From: an uncultured Bacteroidota bacterium
GTDB lineage: Bacteria > Bacteroidota > Ignavibacteria > Kryptoniales > JAKASW01
Assembly: GCA_963806435.1 (NCBI GenBank)
Contig: CAWEBD010000128.1
Coordinates: 14,466 to 78,465 of the forward strand
Length of the DNA: 64,000 nucleotides
Reading direction: 5' to 3'
Shown here piece by piece: positions 28,386-39,426 of the stretch; positions within the stretch are counted from its first letter, which is position 1; each line of letters starts with the position of its first letter. A program made the translations under genes and the position numbers. A model generated the notes under the pieces. That model saw only the letters and a program-made list of their open reading frames with translations. It did not search any database and had not been told where the DNA came from.

Positions 28386-31300
28386 ATGAAGAAACGACCG
28401 GTACCGGGACAGGCCGAGTCTCCGAAGAAAAGCACCATCGACAACCTCTTCGCGGCTTTCGCCAACACATGCGAGTCGGCCCTTCAGGGAGCGGACTTCA
28501 AGAAAGTATCCACCGAACTGGAGAAGAACCTCCAAGGGCTCACCGGCGCGTCATCCATTTCTCTTTTCACGGGCAGCGACGGGAACCCGGGCCTACGACT
28601 TCTGTCAAGCTCCGACGAAACAGGCCTTCACGCCGGCGCTACTATCCCTGTCGACCACGAGCCGGTCAGCTCATTCAGAAGGTCCAAACACCCGACCCAC
28701 CTGACCACCGCCTCAGAGTATTTCGCCGAATTCAGAGACATGATTTTCGATGGAACGGTCGTCGACTCGATCAGGGTCTACCCGCTCAGGTTCGGCCAGG
28801 ATTTCCTTGGCCTCCTTGTCGCGGCTTTCTGGGGCGCGAACGAATCCCATCTGGAAAGCGAACATGCCGACGATGCTCTTACCGCCGCGGCTAAGCAACT
28901 GTCACTCGTGATTCACTCGCTCGACATAGATACACGACACAAGGCATTGCAGCAGAAATATTCAACGGTTCTCGGGCAGATTAATTCAGCAGCCTTCATC
29001 TTCGATCCTTCCACGGGAGCAATTCTTGAGGCGAACAATTCATTCTTCAAGTCATTCGGATATCATCAGTCCGACATTGGGCATCTGTCGCTCTTCGATA
29101 TTGTATTTGAGCCAAAGGAGGTTGTGGAGTCGACCATCCGGCGCGCTGCCGAGTCCGGCAAGATACATTTACCCTCAAAGCTGTACAAACACCGCGACGG
29201 ATCGCCGATCGAGATGGAGGTGAGAGGCACAGACGTCTGTTACAACGGCAAGACATACGCCATCGTGACGGCAGTCGACCTCACCGAGAGACGGCAGGTG
29301 GAAGTACAATCCGAACTCCAGAGAGCTCGTTACGAGAATTTCATTCGCAACACTGAGGAAGGGATCTGGAGAATGGAGTTCACGGATCCGGTGGATGTGA
29401 CACAGGACAGGAGCCTGATCGCGAAAGACATCGTTCAAAGAGGGATCATCGCCGAATGCAACAGGGCCCTCGCGCGGATGTACGGTTTCGAAAAGCCCGA
29501 GCAGCTGATCGGGAAGCGCGCCCTCGACTTCATAGCCGACCTGGACGTTTTCACGGCGTCAAAACTCAAGTTTGCGGAGAACAATTTCTCGACAACCAAT
29601 ATTGAAACGATCGAGAAAGACCAGCACGGCAACATTCACTATTTCGAAAATTCATATATCGGGGAAACCGCCCAAAATAAGCTTGTCAGAATGTGGGGCA
29701 TCCAGCGCGACACGACCGAGAAACGAAGACTGCAGGAGCAGCTCCGCGCGTCGGAGAACCGCTACCGGAACCTCGTCGAACAGGCAAACGACATGGTGCT
29801 CCTCTTCAACAACCGGGGCGAATTCGTTTTCGCGAACAAGAGGTTTTTCGAACAGACAAATTATGCCGCGGATGAGATCTGGGGCAAATCCATCTCGCTG
29901 ATCGCTCATCCTGATGATGCCGGCGATTTCATGAGGAGAATCGAAGAACAATTTCATTCTCCCGATACGCACCTGCGGCATACGCTGAGACTCCTCACAA
30001 AATCCAGGGATGAGCGAATCGTTGAACTAAGCATGACAACGCTGCGCGCAACGGACAAGGTAACCGGCATACTCGCCATCGGCCGGGATGTGACTGTCGA
30101 GCAATCCGTCAAAACGGCACTGCACGAATCGGAAGAGAAATACCGCAGCCTGGTAGAGCACTCCATCCTTGGCGTCCTCGTCGTCCAGGAAGACCAGATA
30201 GTCTATGCCAATCAGACTTCCAGCGACCTCTTCGAGACCGAAATGTCTTCACTTCAGGGATCGCCGCTCGACGCATTCATACACCCCAACGATTACGTTC
30301 AGGTATTTGAGAAATTCGCGGAGGCCGCCGTTTCTCCGAACAAGGACGTGCAATTCTCACTACGCGCTATGACTTCCTCCGGAAGAATGAAATCCATTGA
30401 AGGATGGGCAGCAGGGATCACATATATGGGCAAACCGGCGATCCAGGCGGCTATAGTCGATGTCACGGAAACCAGGAGGCTGGAGGAACAACTTATCCAG
30501 TCGCAGAAGATGGAAAGCATCGGCCAGCTCGCCAGCGGAGTGGCGCATGATTTCAACAACCTGTTGGGATCGATTTACGGCGCGATCGGCGTGCTTCGAA
30601 AAAAATACGCTTCGGCAGACGCGTATCTCAGCAGATACGTCGATATACTCGATTCGTCGGCCAAAAGGGCCGCGGAACTTACGTCCCAGCTCCTGACATT
30701 TTCCCGCCAGCGCGAGAGCGTCGTAAAACCGGTCAGGCTCAACGACATCGTCAATGACGCGATGAAGATACTCATAAGGAGTATCGCGAAGAACATTAAA
30801 GTCGAATACTCCCTCGACTCGACTTTGTATTCGATAGAAGCCGACCCGAGCCAGATCGAAGGTGTCATTATAAACATGAGCATCAATTCGCGCGACGCGA
30901 TGCCATCCGGTGGGATACTGCGCATCGAGACTTCCAACGTGGAGTTTGACCGGGAAATTTCCAGACAAATCCCAGACGCACGCCCAGGCCGTTACGCGTG
31001 CCTTTCCGTCACCGATACCGGGGTCGGAATGGACGAGGAGACAAAGAGAAAAATATTCGAACCGTTTTACACGACGAAAGCGATCGGGAAGGGGACCGGG
31101 CTCGGCCTCTCCATCGTCTATGGAATTGTCAAGACTCACAAGGGGTTCATCAACGTGTACAGTGAACGCGGGCGCGGGACAACATTTAAGGTCTATTTCC
31201 CCGCCACGGACAAAACGCCGGTCGATGATTTGATGCCGCCCCGAATAGAGCTTCCGCACGGCACGGAGACAATCCTTATCATAGACGACGAACTCGCACT

Positions 31301-31634
31301 TCTCGAATTGACGAAAGAGCTGCTCGAAGGGCTCGGGTACACGGTAATCGCCGCTCGGGGGGCGATGGAGGGGATCGCACAGTACAAAGAGCGGCACGAT
31401 GTAATCCACCTGGTGATCCTGGACATGCTTATGCCCGAGATGACCGGGAACCAGGTCTACCCCATCCTGAAAGAGATCAACCCGGAAGTGGCAGTGATTC
31501 TCGCCACAGGGCTGAGTGTCGGCGAGAAGGTCGACGAAATGATTTCACTCGGGGTGAACGATGTGGTTGGAAAGCCGTGTTCGGTCAGCGACCTGGCCGC
31601 GCACATCCGCGCTGTGCTCGACACGAAGAAGTAA
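28386..31634 (+). CDS. Cytoplasmic hybrid histidine kinase (GAF-like, multiple PAS, HisKA, HATPase, receiver)
   Basis: QKMESIGQLASGVAHDFNN, NSRDAM, DTGVGM, GTGLGL, ILDMLMP; start uncertain. Confidence 0.92.
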   Translation: MKKRPVPGQAESPKKSTIDNLFAAFANTCESALQGADFKKVSTELEKNLQGLTGASSISLFTGSDGNPGLRLLSSSDETGLHAGATIPVDHEPVSSFRRSKHPTHLTTASEYFAEFRDMIFDGTVVDSIRVYPLRFGQDFLGLLVAAFWGANESHLESEHADDALTAAAKQLSLVIHSLDIDTRHKALQQKYSTVLGQINSAAFIFDPSTGAILEANNSFFKSFGYHQSDIGHLSLFDIVFEPKEVVESTIRRAAESGKIHLPSKLYKHRDGSPIEMEVRGTDVCYNGKTYAIVTAVDLTERRQVEVQSELQRARYENFIRNTEEGIWRMEFTDPVDVTQDRSLIAKDIVQRGIIAECNRALARMYGFEKPEQLIGKRALDFIADLDVFTASKLKFAENNFSTTNIETIEKDQHGNIHYFENSYIGETAQNKLVRMWGIQRDTTEKRRLQEQLRASENRYRNLVEQANDMVLLFNNRGEFVFANKRFFEQTNYAADEIWGKSISLIAHPDDAGDFMRRIEEQFHSPDTHLRHTLRLLTKSRDERIVELSMTTLRATDKVTGILAIGRDVTVEQSVKTALHESEEKYRSLVEHSILGVLVVQEDQIVYANQTSSDLFETEMSSLQGSPLDAFIHPNDYVQVFEKFAEAAVSPNKDVQFSLRAMTSSGRMKSIEGWAAGITYMGKPAIQAAIVDVTETRRLEEQLIQSQKMESIGQLASGVAHDFNNLLGSIYGAIGVLRKKYASADAYLSRYVDILDSSAKRAAELTSQLLTFSRQRESVVKPVRLNDIVNDAMKILIRSIAKNIKVEYSLDSTLYSIEADPSQIEGVIINMSINSRDAMPSGGILRIETSNVEFDREISRQIPDARPGRYACLSVTDTGVGMDEETKRKIFEPFYTTKAIGKGTGLGLSIVYGIVKTHKGFINVYSERGRGTTFKVYFPATDKTPVDDLMPPRIELPHGTETILIIDDELALLELTKELLEGLGYTVIAARGAMEGIAQYKERHDVIHLVILDMLMPEMTGNQVYPILKEINPEVAVILATGLSVGEKVDEMISLGVNDVVGKPCSVSDLAAHIRAVLDTKK

Positions 31635-31644
31635 TCCCGCGCGA

Positions 31645-33612
31645 CTAGTTTAGAAAATCCCAGTTTATTCCGATACAGAAACTGTTGTCAAGTGCCGGGT
31701 AAACCGGAGCCATTACGTAGTTTTGGCCGGTAATGTTGAAGATTGTGAAGTAGATCACCGCGTCCCCTACTCTCCCACGCACGAAGAAGTCGGTGCTCCC
31801 GTACGGACCGAACTCGTTGATGTCGGTCGGGACATAGACCAGTGCCTGCGGGTAGAAGTCGTTTCCCCTGAAAGTGCTCAACACTTTTCCCCTTAGTCCG
31901 AATTTGAGATTCAAATGCCCCGTGAAGAGAATATCATGGTAGTACAACTCACCCGACGCGAAATAATTCGGAAGCGTGTAGACCAGGTTTCCGTCGGTCT
32001 TCTCCGAGACGTAATTGAAGTTGCCTTCCGCCGTGAATTTCCAGAGCGTTACCCGCACCGCCGCGTCGACGCCGTAAATATCGCGAGTACTGAGGTTGGC
32101 GACGGATATCGCGGGGTAAATCGGCTGTCCAGAATAGTCCGCCGAGTAGTAGATCGGTTTGTCGATCATCCTGGCATAGGGTTTTACAAACAACGAGAAC
32201 CAGCTCCCGAAGTTGGCGTCCATTTTCACCTGCAGGATCTTGTCGGTCTCCGCGACAAGGTTGGGATTCCCTCTGAAGTCTTGCGTGACGAAATACATCT
32301 GTGACATGCTCGGCGTATGGCTTGAAATACTTCCTCCGGCCTCGAGACTGAACGTCTCGTTGCCCAATCCGAATGACGCGCCCAGGGCCGGATAGAATTT
32401 CGAGCCGACGAGGTCGCCGCGCCCGAACACACCCGCTCTTACAAAATTGAAAAGGGTGAATTCTTCATCCGCGTACGCCGACACGCGGCTCCGGGCCGGT
32501 ATATCAGCATACGGATTGTAGTAAGCCTGATCCCTCAGCGCCTCAGCGCCGAAGTTCAGTCTTGTGCCGACGACGGATTCGCTCCCACGCAGATCGACTC
32601 CGAATCTCCTGCTCAGGTTTGTGAGATAGTACGGGAGCGAGACGTCCCCGAACTGGAAGCTGTAGTAATCGAAAAAAGCCGTCGCGGTCATGACGTTCGT
32701 GGAGTCATGCGGATCTCCCTGAGAGTAGGCTACCTGCAGGTGATGCTGAACGTACGTCAGGTTTGCGGTCTGACTTCGCACGAGCGGTGTGTATGCCGGG
32801 TTGAAAATATCCGCGGTTATTTTATAGGGTAAATCGCCTCCGGTCATACCCACTTTCGTGCGGTAGTAGACTTCGGTCGCAGTGATCTGCCTGGTTGAAT
32901 CGATGCTGTACCGGTATTTCCCCCGGATGTTCACGCCGTCATAAACCGAATTCACGAATCGCCCGTCAGCCGTCTGGTGCTCAAAGCCAAGGTCGATATT
33001 GGAATTGTAACCTATATTCTGAGAGAATACTCCGTCGGTTATAAGGTAGTTGTACGGCTCTTCGAGATGCCTGACTTTTGAGAATGGGACCGACTCGCTG
33101 TACGATTGCGTCTGAAAATTCACGAGCGCGCCGGTCGCGTTGAACTGGTAGATCGGCGCCCTGACGGCGTCTATGTATTCCACGTTCCTGGCAAATTCCA
33201 CCGGGACCTGATAGAGGTTCAACGTCGACGTCGTAGGCTCGTTCATCTCGACACCGTCGAGAAGGTATTTCGTGTGGCCGCTTCCCAGCCCGTCGAAGGA
33301 TAAATCCGAAGGGGCACCGGGCTGGTACATGTTCGCGAGATACGCCCCGGGGATCTTCTGAAGGAGTTCTCCTGCATAAGTGTAGTCGCTCCATCTTATC
33401 ACGGAGTCCGGGATCGCGTACGACAAGTTCGAACTGATTGAACCGGAAGCCAGAACGGGGCCGACGAGAAATTTCAATGGTATCCCCGCCGTGTCGGCCT
33501 TTTCAGTCTTGAGCGAATCTTCCTGGGAATACGAGAACGAGGCCGTAATTAAAATGATAAATAACGGGACAAATACGCGATATCGAGACAAGATGAATAC
33601 CCTGTTTGTCAT
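31645..33612 (-). CDS. Outer-membrane beta-barrel with TonB-dependent-receptor-like plug (putative porin)
   Basis: Signal peptide; ELLQKIPG and YLLDGV plug motifs; GNPNLVAE; terminal GINWDFLN. Confidence 0.7.
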   Translation of the reverse strand: MTNRVFILSRYRVFVPLFIILITASFSYSQEDSLKTEKADTAGIPLKFLVGPVLASGSISSNLSYAIPDSVIRWSDYTYAGELLQKIPGAYLANMYQPGAPSDLSFDGLGSGHTKYLLDGVEMNEPTTSTLNLYQVPVEFARNVEYIDAVRAPIYQFNATGALVNFQTQSYSESVPFSKVRHLEEPYNYLITDGVFSQNIGYNSNIDLGFEHQTADGRFVNSVYDGVNIRGKYRYSIDSTRQITATEVYYRTKVGMTGGDLPYKITADIFNPAYTPLVRSQTANLTYVQHHLQVAYSQGDPHDSTNVMTATAFFDYYSFQFGDVSLPYYLTNLSRRFGVDLRGSESVVGTRLNFGAEALRDQAYYNPYADIPARSRVSAYADEEFTLFNFVRAGVFGRGDLVGSKFYPALGASFGLGNETFSLEAGGSISSHTPSMSQMYFVTQDFRGNPNLVAETDKILQVKMDANFGSWFSLFVKPYARMIDKPIYYSADYSGQPIYPAISVANLSTRDIYGVDAAVRVTLWKFTAEGNFNYVSEKTDGNLVYTLPNYFASGELYYHDILFTGHLNLKFGLRGKVLSTFRGNDFYPQALVYVPTDINEFGPYGSTDFFVRGRVGDAVIYFTIFNITGQNYVMAPVYPALDNSFCIGINWDFLN

Positions 33613-33658
33613 TCCGCCCCGGGGATCATAGTGCCCTCCATTGAAGAACCATGCTGTT

Positions 33659-34894
33659 TCATCGGTAAAGCAAATACTTTTTCCTCAGAATTTCAAACCT
33701 CTTATTACCGTTTTCCCACGAAGCGGAAATTTCGGCCGGTGTTTTCCCCTTCTCCAGCATCGGCCGTACGGAGGAAGTCCCCGCAAGCTTGTCAAAATAT
33801 GTAGGGATGAACTTAAACTCCTGCGGATATAGTTTCCGGATCGCCCAGACTACGGTCACGCCCATTTCCACCGGTTTGAGTAAGTCCCTATCCGTGACCA
33901 CTACTTTAACACCGTGGCAGAGTTCACCCTTATACTTCGGCTGCCCCGCTGCAGGGAGCGCGCGGGGAGTAAACTCGGTCGGCTGAAATCTTACACCAGG
34001 CAAGTGCTGTTCGTTCAGCAGCGACACAAGCCTCCCGGAATCAATGTACGGAGCGCCGATGGTCTCGAAGGGATGCTCTGTACCGCGCCCTTCGGAAACG
34101 TTAGTCGCTTCAAGGAGCACGTTTCCGGGATAAACCTCAACCGCGTTCATATCGGGAAGGTTCGGCGAGGGCACGATCCATTTCAAGCCGGTCTCGTCGT
34201 ACCACATGTTTCTTCTGTAGTTTTCCATCCTGATGACGGCAAGTTCCGCTTTCACGCCGCCTTTCAACATTCCCTCATCGTTCATCATTATCGCCAGTTC
34301 GCCCGGCGTCATTCCATAAACGCTCGGGATCGGCTGTATACCGATGAAAGACCTGAGCGAATCGACGAGCGTGGGACCGTCAACGAGATTCGCCCTGAGC
34401 ATGTCGGGTTTGTCGAGCACGATAAACTTGATATGATTCTCAGCCGCCGCCTCGAGGCAATAGTCGAGGGTGCTTATGAAAGTGTAGAACCTCGTTCCGA
34501 CATCCTGGATGTCGTATATCAGCACGTCGATACCCTTGAGCATCTGCGGAGTCGGCTTCCTGGTCTTCCCGTAAAGCGAGTAGACCGGAACACCGGTCTG
34601 CTTGTCGATGCCGGATGAGATATCTTCTCCAGCCGACGCCTTTCCCCTTATGCCGTGCTCGGGGGCGAACAGCGCGACGAGTTTCACACCCGGGACATTC
34701 GCGAGCACGTCGACAATGTGCCTCCCGCCCTGCATCCTCCCGCTCTGGTTGGTTATTATGCCGATCGTCTTGCCCTCGATAAGATTGAGGTGCTTTTGCA
34801 CGAAAACCTCGTCTCCGGTTCTTACCCGTTCCTGCGCCGCCACTTGGATGGCGATGGACATGACTACGAGGAAGGTCAATAAGAATTTCTTCAT
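33659..34894 (-). CDS. namZ: DUF1343 exo-beta-N-acetylmuramidase NamZ family
   Basis: LFAPEHGIRG, YDIQDVGTRFYT, PSPNLP, SEGRGT; ATGA overlap with the upstream NUDIX stop. Confidence 0.88.
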   Translation of the reverse strand: MKKFLLTFLVVMSIAIQVAAQERVRTGDEVFVQKHLNLIEGKTIGIITNQSGRMQGGRHIVDVLANVPGVKLVALFAPEHGIRGKASAGEDISSGIDKQTGVPVYSLYGKTRKPTPQMLKGIDVLIYDIQDVGTRFYTFISTLDYCLEAAAENHIKFIVLDKPDMLRANLVDGPTLVDSLRSFIGIQPIPSVYGMTPGELAIMMNDEGMLKGGVKAELAVIRMENYRRNMWYDETGLKWIVPSPNLPDMNAVEVYPGNVLLEATNVSEGRGTEHPFETIGAPYIDSGRLVSLLNEQHLPGVRFQPTEFTPRALPAAGQPKYKGELCHGVKVVVTDRDLLKPVEMGVTVVWAIRKLYPQEFKFIPTYFDKLAGTSSVRPMLEKGKTPAEISASWENGNKRFEILRKKYLLYR

Positions 34895-35448
34895 CTTTTT
34901 TTCTCCTTCAGGAAAGCGGATACGCTCCGGCGGGCAAGCATCCACCCCGCGAGTGTCATACCATCCCAGATAGTCCCTTTCCCGGCAAGTTCCTCAAATT
35001 CCGCCACTGTCATCCTCAGCACTTCAAATTCTTCCGACGCATCTCTTTCTCGCGTGGCTTTGCTCAGCCCGGTAGCAAGATAAACCCTGCAGATCTCGTC
35101 GGTGGCGCCGTTGAAGGGGTTGAATTCGCCGACCTGTCTCAAATCGCGGGCGGCCAGTTGTGCTTCCTCGGCGAGCTCGCTCTTCGCCGTCGACAGGAAG
35201 TCGCCATCTTTGACTCCGCCGCAAGCGAATTCTACGCTTTCCTTCTTCCACAGATACCTGAACTGTTTCACGAGGACGAGAGTACCGTCGTCATGGACGG
35301 GAATGACCATCGCCGCTCCGGGGGTGTGCACATAATAGTACTCCCCGGTTTGGCCGCCGGGGAGTGTGTAATTATCCAGTTTGTATTCCCAGTAGGGATT
35401 CTTAAGAAGTAGTTTTGTGCTGAGTGTTTCTAACTTCTTGAGGGACAA
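34891..35448 (-). CDS. NUDIX hydrolase (ADP-ribose pyrophosphatase-like)
   Basis: LVKQFRY, Nudix-like box GG...AKSELAEEA. Confidence 0.85.
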   Translation of the reverse strand: MSLKKLETLSTKLLLKNPYWEYKLDNYTLPGGQTGEYYYVHTPGAAMVIPVHDDGTLVLVKQFRYLWKKESVEFACGGVKDGDFLSTAKSELAEEAQLAARDLRQVGEFNPFNGATDEICRVYLATGLSKATRERDASEEFEVLRMTVAEFEELAGKGTIWDGMTLAGWMLARRSVSAFLKEKKR

Positions 35449-35450
35449 GT

Positions 35451-35873
35451 TTAAAGCAATTCGACAAGCTCTCGTTCAGAAAAGAAGAATCCGATCTCCC
35501 GCTCCGCGTTCTCGGGAGAATCCGAACCGTGGACTATGTTTTCTCCTTTGCTCTCGGCAAAATCCTTTCTTATTGTTCCGGGCGCGGCATCCTTCGGATC
35601 AGTGGCGCCGATAAGCTTCCTGAACTCTTCGAAGGCATTTTCCTTTTCGAGAACCATCGGAATGCAGGGTCCGGACGTCATGAACTCAACGAGGCCGTTG
35701 TAGAACGGACGTTCCCTGTGAACGGCGTAGAACTCTCCGGCCGTTGCTTTTGTCAGCCGCACCATCTTCAGGCCGGCGATTTTGAAATTCGCTTTCTGTA
35801 TTCTTGCGATGACCTCACCGGCAAGATTTCTTCTAACGCAGTCAGGCTTCAATATTGCGAGTGTGCGACTCAT
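35451..35873 (-). CDS. ndk: Nucleoside diphosphate kinase
   Basis: [16 protein letters not shown]. Confidence 0.97.
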   Translation of the reverse strand: MSRTLAILKPDCVRRNLAGEVIARIQKANFKIAGLKMVRLTKATAGEFYAVHRERPFYNGLVEFMTSGPCIPMVLEKENAFEEFRKLIGATDPKDAAPGTIRKDFAESKGENIVHGSDSPENAEREIGFFFSERELVELL

Positions 35874-35949
35874 GATTGGATTCGGTTTCCTTTCAGAATT
35901 TTTTCATTCAGCGACCTGCCGCCGGCTTACAGCCGAGCGCGGGACGCAA

Positions 35950-36909
35950 TTACTTCTTCTTCGATTTCGAGGAACTCTTCTTCGTCTTAGATTTGGCCGA
36001 GGGTTTTCTCACCGTGACGCTGGTCTTCTTTTTCGACTTCGATCCGAGAGCCTTCGCGACAGCCTGGCCTATAAGCGCGGGGCTCTCGACAACGTGGATT
36101 CCCGCCTTCTTCATGGCCGCCATCTTCTCATCGGCAGTACCGTGCCCGCCGGAGATAATCGCGCCGGCGTGTCCCATCCTCCGCCCCGGAGGAGCCGTGC
36201 GTCCCGCGATGAAGCCGATCACGGGTTTATCGAAATACTTCTTGATGTATGCCGCGGCTTCCTCCTCGGCAGTTCCACCGATCTCGCCTATCATGACGAC
36301 GGCTTCGGTCTGTTCGTCATCCTTGAAGAGCTCCAGAGCATCTATGAACTTCGTGCCGATTACGGGGTCGCCGCCGATTCCGACGCATGTCGACTGCCCA
36401 TAACCCTGCGCGGTAACCTGAGCAACCGCCTCGTAAGTGAGCGTTCCGCTGCGTGAAATCAGGCCCACGGACCCTTTCCTGTGGATGAAACCGGGCATAA
36501 TTCCGACTTTCGCCTTTCCGGGTGAAATGACACCGGGGCAATTCGGGCCGACCATCCGGACGTTCTTCTTCTTCAGATAGTCGTAGACACCGACCATGTC
36601 ACGAACGGGGATTCCCTCGGTAATGCAGACTACCAGTTGGACACCGGCGTCCGCGGCTTCGACGATCGCGTCCGGGGCAAACGCCGCCGGGACAAATATG
36701 ACCGACGTATTTGCGCCTTCTTGCTCGACCGCCTCGGCGACCGTATTGAATACAGGCACGTCCAAATGCTTCGTCCCCCCCTTACCGGGAGTGACGCCGC
36801 CGACAACCTTCGTCCCGTACTCGATCATTTGTTCGGTATGGAATGATCCTTCGCCTCCTGTGATTCCCTGAACCACGAGGCGAGTCGCTTTGTCAACTAA
36901 AATGCTCAT
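35950..36909 (-). CDS. sucD: Succinyl-CoA synthetase alpha subunit with Lys/Ser-rich tail
   Basis: [26 protein letters not shown]. Confidence 0.97.
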   Translation of the reverse strand: MSILVDKATRLVVQGITGGEGSFHTEQMIEYGTKVVGGVTPGKGGTKHLDVPVFNTVAEAVEQEGANTSVIFVPAAFAPDAIVEAADAGVQLVVCITEGIPVRDMVGVYDYLKKKNVRMVGPNCPGVISPGKAKVGIMPGFIHRKGSVGLISRSGTLTYEAVAQVTAQGYGQSTCVGIGGDPVIGTKFIDALELFKDDEQTEAVVMIGEIGGTAEEEAAAYIKKYFDKPVIGFIAGRTAPPGRRMGHAGAIISGGHGTADEKMAAMKKAGIHVVESPALIGQAVAKALGSKSKKKTSVTVRKPSAKSKTKKSSSKSKKK

Positions 36910-36921
36910 TGTAACTCTCTT

Positions 36922-38343
36922 TCAACTCTTCAAAGATTGTTCGATATGATTTGCCAAAGTGAGAATGGTTTCTTCCTCGAATTGCCTTCCGAGCAGCTGC
37001 AGGCCGATCGGGAGAGATGACGAATCTCGTCCGACCGGCACGGAGACGCCGGGTATGCCGGCAAGGTTCGCCGAAACCGTGAATATATCTGAAAGGTACA
37101 TCTGTATGGGGTCCGAAGTTTTTTCACCGATCTTGAACGCGGTGGTCGGTGCCGTGGGCGTGACTATCGCGTCCACTTCACGGAAGGCGTCGTCGAAGTC
37201 CTGCTTGATTAGCCTGCGCACGCGCTGGGCTTTTTTGTAGTAGGCGTCGTAGTACCCGGCGGAGAGCACGAACGTGCCGAGCATTATCCTCCGCTTCACT
37301 TCAGGACCAAACCCTTCCGTCCGGGATTGGATATACATCTCCTCAAGCTCTTCGACGTTCCTGTCCCTGTGGCCGTATCGTGCCCCGTCGTATCTCTCGA
37401 GATTCGATGAAGCTTCCGCCGTCGCGAGTATGTAGTATGTCGGTATGGTATAGTCGAGATGGGGCATCGATACTTCTTTTATTTCGACGCCCATTGAACG
37501 GAGCGAGTCTATTTGCTTCTCGACAGCCTGCCGCACATCGTCGGCAACGCCTGCGCTCAGGGCATCCTTCGCGACCCCGACCCTGAATTTCCTGACGTCT
37601 CGGTCAAGCAGCGAAGTGTAAGATGGGACCGCCTTCTCGGCGGAAGTCGAATCTCTTTCGTCGTGTCCGGCAAGGACCTCCATTATCAATGCGACGTCGT
37701 AAACCGAATTAGCGAAGGGGCCGATGACGTCGAACGACGAGGCGAAGGCCACGAGTCCATATCTCGAGACGCGGCCGTAGGTCGGCTTCAGCCCGACCAC
37801 TCCGCAGAATGAAGCCGGCTGTCTAATCGAGCCGCCAGTGTCCGTGCCGAGGGCGACATGGCAGAGTCCCGCCGCCACGGCGGCAGCGCTCCCGCCGCTC
37901 GATCCGCCCGGGACCCTCGAAGTGTCCACGGGGTTCAGCACCGTGCCGAACGCGCTGTACTCGGTTGACGATCCCATGGCAAATTCATCCATGTTCGTTT
38001 TTCCGATTATGACGACGTCCTCCTGCTTTAGGCGCTCGATGACCGTCGCGTCATAGACTGAGACAAAATTCTCGAGTATCTTCGAGCCACAGGTGAGCCG
38101 CTTGTCCTTCATGGCAATGACGTCTTTGACGCCAAGAACGAGCCCGGCCAGTTTCCCGGCACTGCCGGCCTTTATCTTCGCGTCGACTTTCTCCGCGGCT
38201 TCGATCGATTCATCGAAAAGCTGCAGGAAAGCGTTCAGGTCCGATCTGGATTTCGCCTCTTTGAGATACGCCTTAACAATGCTACTACACGAGGCTTCCC
38301 CCGCGAGGAGTCTTTTTCTGAGATTCTGATATGTATCCGCCAA
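36922..38343 (-). CDS. gatA: Asp/Glu-tRNA amidotransferase subunit A
   Basis: GKTNMDEFAMGSS, GGSSGGS, DTGGSIRQPA, KRRIMLGT. Confidence 0.96.
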   Translation of the reverse strand: MADTYQNLRKRLLAGEASCSSIVKAYLKEAKSRSDLNAFLQLFDESIEAAEKVDAKIKAGSAGKLAGLVLGVKDVIAMKDKRLTCGSKILENFVSVYDATVIERLKQEDVVIIGKTNMDEFAMGSSTEYSAFGTVLNPVDTSRVPGGSSGGSAAAVAAGLCHVALGTDTGGSIRQPASFCGVVGLKPTYGRVSRYGLVAFASSFDVIGPFANSVYDVALIMEVLAGHDERDSTSAEKAVPSYTSLLDRDVRKFRVGVAKDALSAGVADDVRQAVEKQIDSLRSMGVEIKEVSMPHLDYTIPTYYILATAEASSNLERYDGARYGHRDRNVEELEEMYIQSRTEGFGPEVKRRIMLGTFVLSAGYYDAYYKKAQRVRRLIKQDFDDAFREVDAIVTPTAPTTAFKIGEKTSDPIQMYLSDIFTVSANLAGIPGVSVPVGRDSSSLPIGLQLLGRQFEEETILTLANHIEQSLKS

Positions 38344-38352
38344 AACTTCCGG

Positions 38353-38616
38353 TTACTTTAGTTCGCTGTTCGACTTGGATTCGGATTTGGAACTCTGAGA
38401 ACTCGAAGAATCGACGGCTTTGGGTGCAGACTGAGCCTTCGGCTCTTCACTCGCAGGCTTCTGTATCTCGTCTGACACATCGCGCATCGCTTTCTTGAAT
38501 TCTCTTATTCCTTTACCTACCGACTGGGCAATATCCGGTATCTTTTTCGGGCCGAAGAAAATAACGAGCACGAAAAGGATTAAAAGGATCTTGCCAATAC
38601 TAAAATCTTCAAGCAT
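38353..38616 (-). CDS. tatA: Tat translocase TatA/B family subunit (copy 4)
   Basis: Transmembrane helix followed by [22 protein letters not shown]. Confidence 0.9.
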   Translation of the reverse strand: MLEDFSIGKILLILFVLVIFFGPKKIPDIAQSVGKGIREFKKAMRDVSDEIQKPASEEPKAQSAPKAVDSSSSQSSKSESKSNSELK

Positions 38617-38821
38617 CTGATTCTGCTCCGGAGTCCGCTGTTCGCTGACCCCATTTCAAGTTTGTTCATCTGAATCACGTGAGGACTTCGACGCGTCTTC
38701 AGAACCTGACACGCCGAAACATGATTAATTTAAACCTATCACGGCTATCTTCAAAGCCATGGAACCATCATCGGCAAGACAGCAATTGTTTTGGAGGGTA
38801 TTGGCTAGGTCGGGCTGACCG

Positions 38822-39088
38822 TCAGGATTTGGGTTCCGTTTTCGATCCCGCTTCCGCTTTCACATCCTGGCTCATAGTCGGCTGTTGGATCTCTTTCGGT
38901 TTCGAGGCACGTTCACTATCCACCGCCTTTGAGACTTCGTCCTGGACGTCCTTAATGGACTTCTTGAACTCGCGGATTCCTTTGCCGATCGACTGAGCTA
39001 TATCTGGTATTCGCTTCGGTCCGAAAAAAATTATCAACACAACGGCTATCAGTAGTAACTTATCCCAACTGAGGAGGTCTTCAAGCAT
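38822..39088 (-). CDS. tatA: Tat translocase TatA/B family subunit (copy 3)
   Basis: Transmembrane helix followed by [22 protein letters not shown]. Confidence 0.9.
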   Translation of the reverse strand: MLEDLLSWDKLLLIAVVLIIFFGPKRIPDIAQSIGKGIREFKKSIKDVQDEVSKAVDSERASKPKEIQQPTMSQDVKAEAGSKTEPKS

Positions 39089-39132
39089 CTTCTTTGCCTA
39101 AGCTTTGTTTCTTACTTCCTTTGTCATCAAAA

Positions 39133-39405
39133 TCACGACTTAACTTCTGCCCCGGTTCCTGTCTTGGTCTTCAAATCCTGATTCGGGAGAGGCTCGCTAA
39201 TTTTCTGCTGTTCCTTGGGCCTGGGTTTCGGCTCTTCACTGACCGATTTCGCCACTTCATCCTGCACATCCTTCATCGCCCTTTTGAATTCGCGGATCCC
39301 CTTGCCGATCGACTGCGCAATATCCGGAATCCTCTTCGGGCCAAAGAACACGATGAGGACTACGATGATTATTAAAAGCTCACCGAAACCGATGTTTTCG
39401 AACAT
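39133..39405 (-). CDS. tatA: Tat translocase TatA/B family subunit (copy 2)
   Basis: IGFGELL...[22 protein letters not shown]. Confidence 0.9.
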   Translation of the reverse strand: MFENIGFGELLIIIVVLIVFFGPKRIPDIAQSIGKGIREFKRAMKDVQDEVAKSVSEEPKPRPKEQQKISEPLPNQDLKTKTGTGAEVKS

Positions 39406-39426
39406 ACCCTTGAACTACTCTTCTCT

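Noticed and set aside
38620-38820. Fifth degenerate tatA in the spacer
   Set aside because: Only a 9-bp match (GATAGCCGT) to a neighbouring tatA; no amphipathic helix motif recognised
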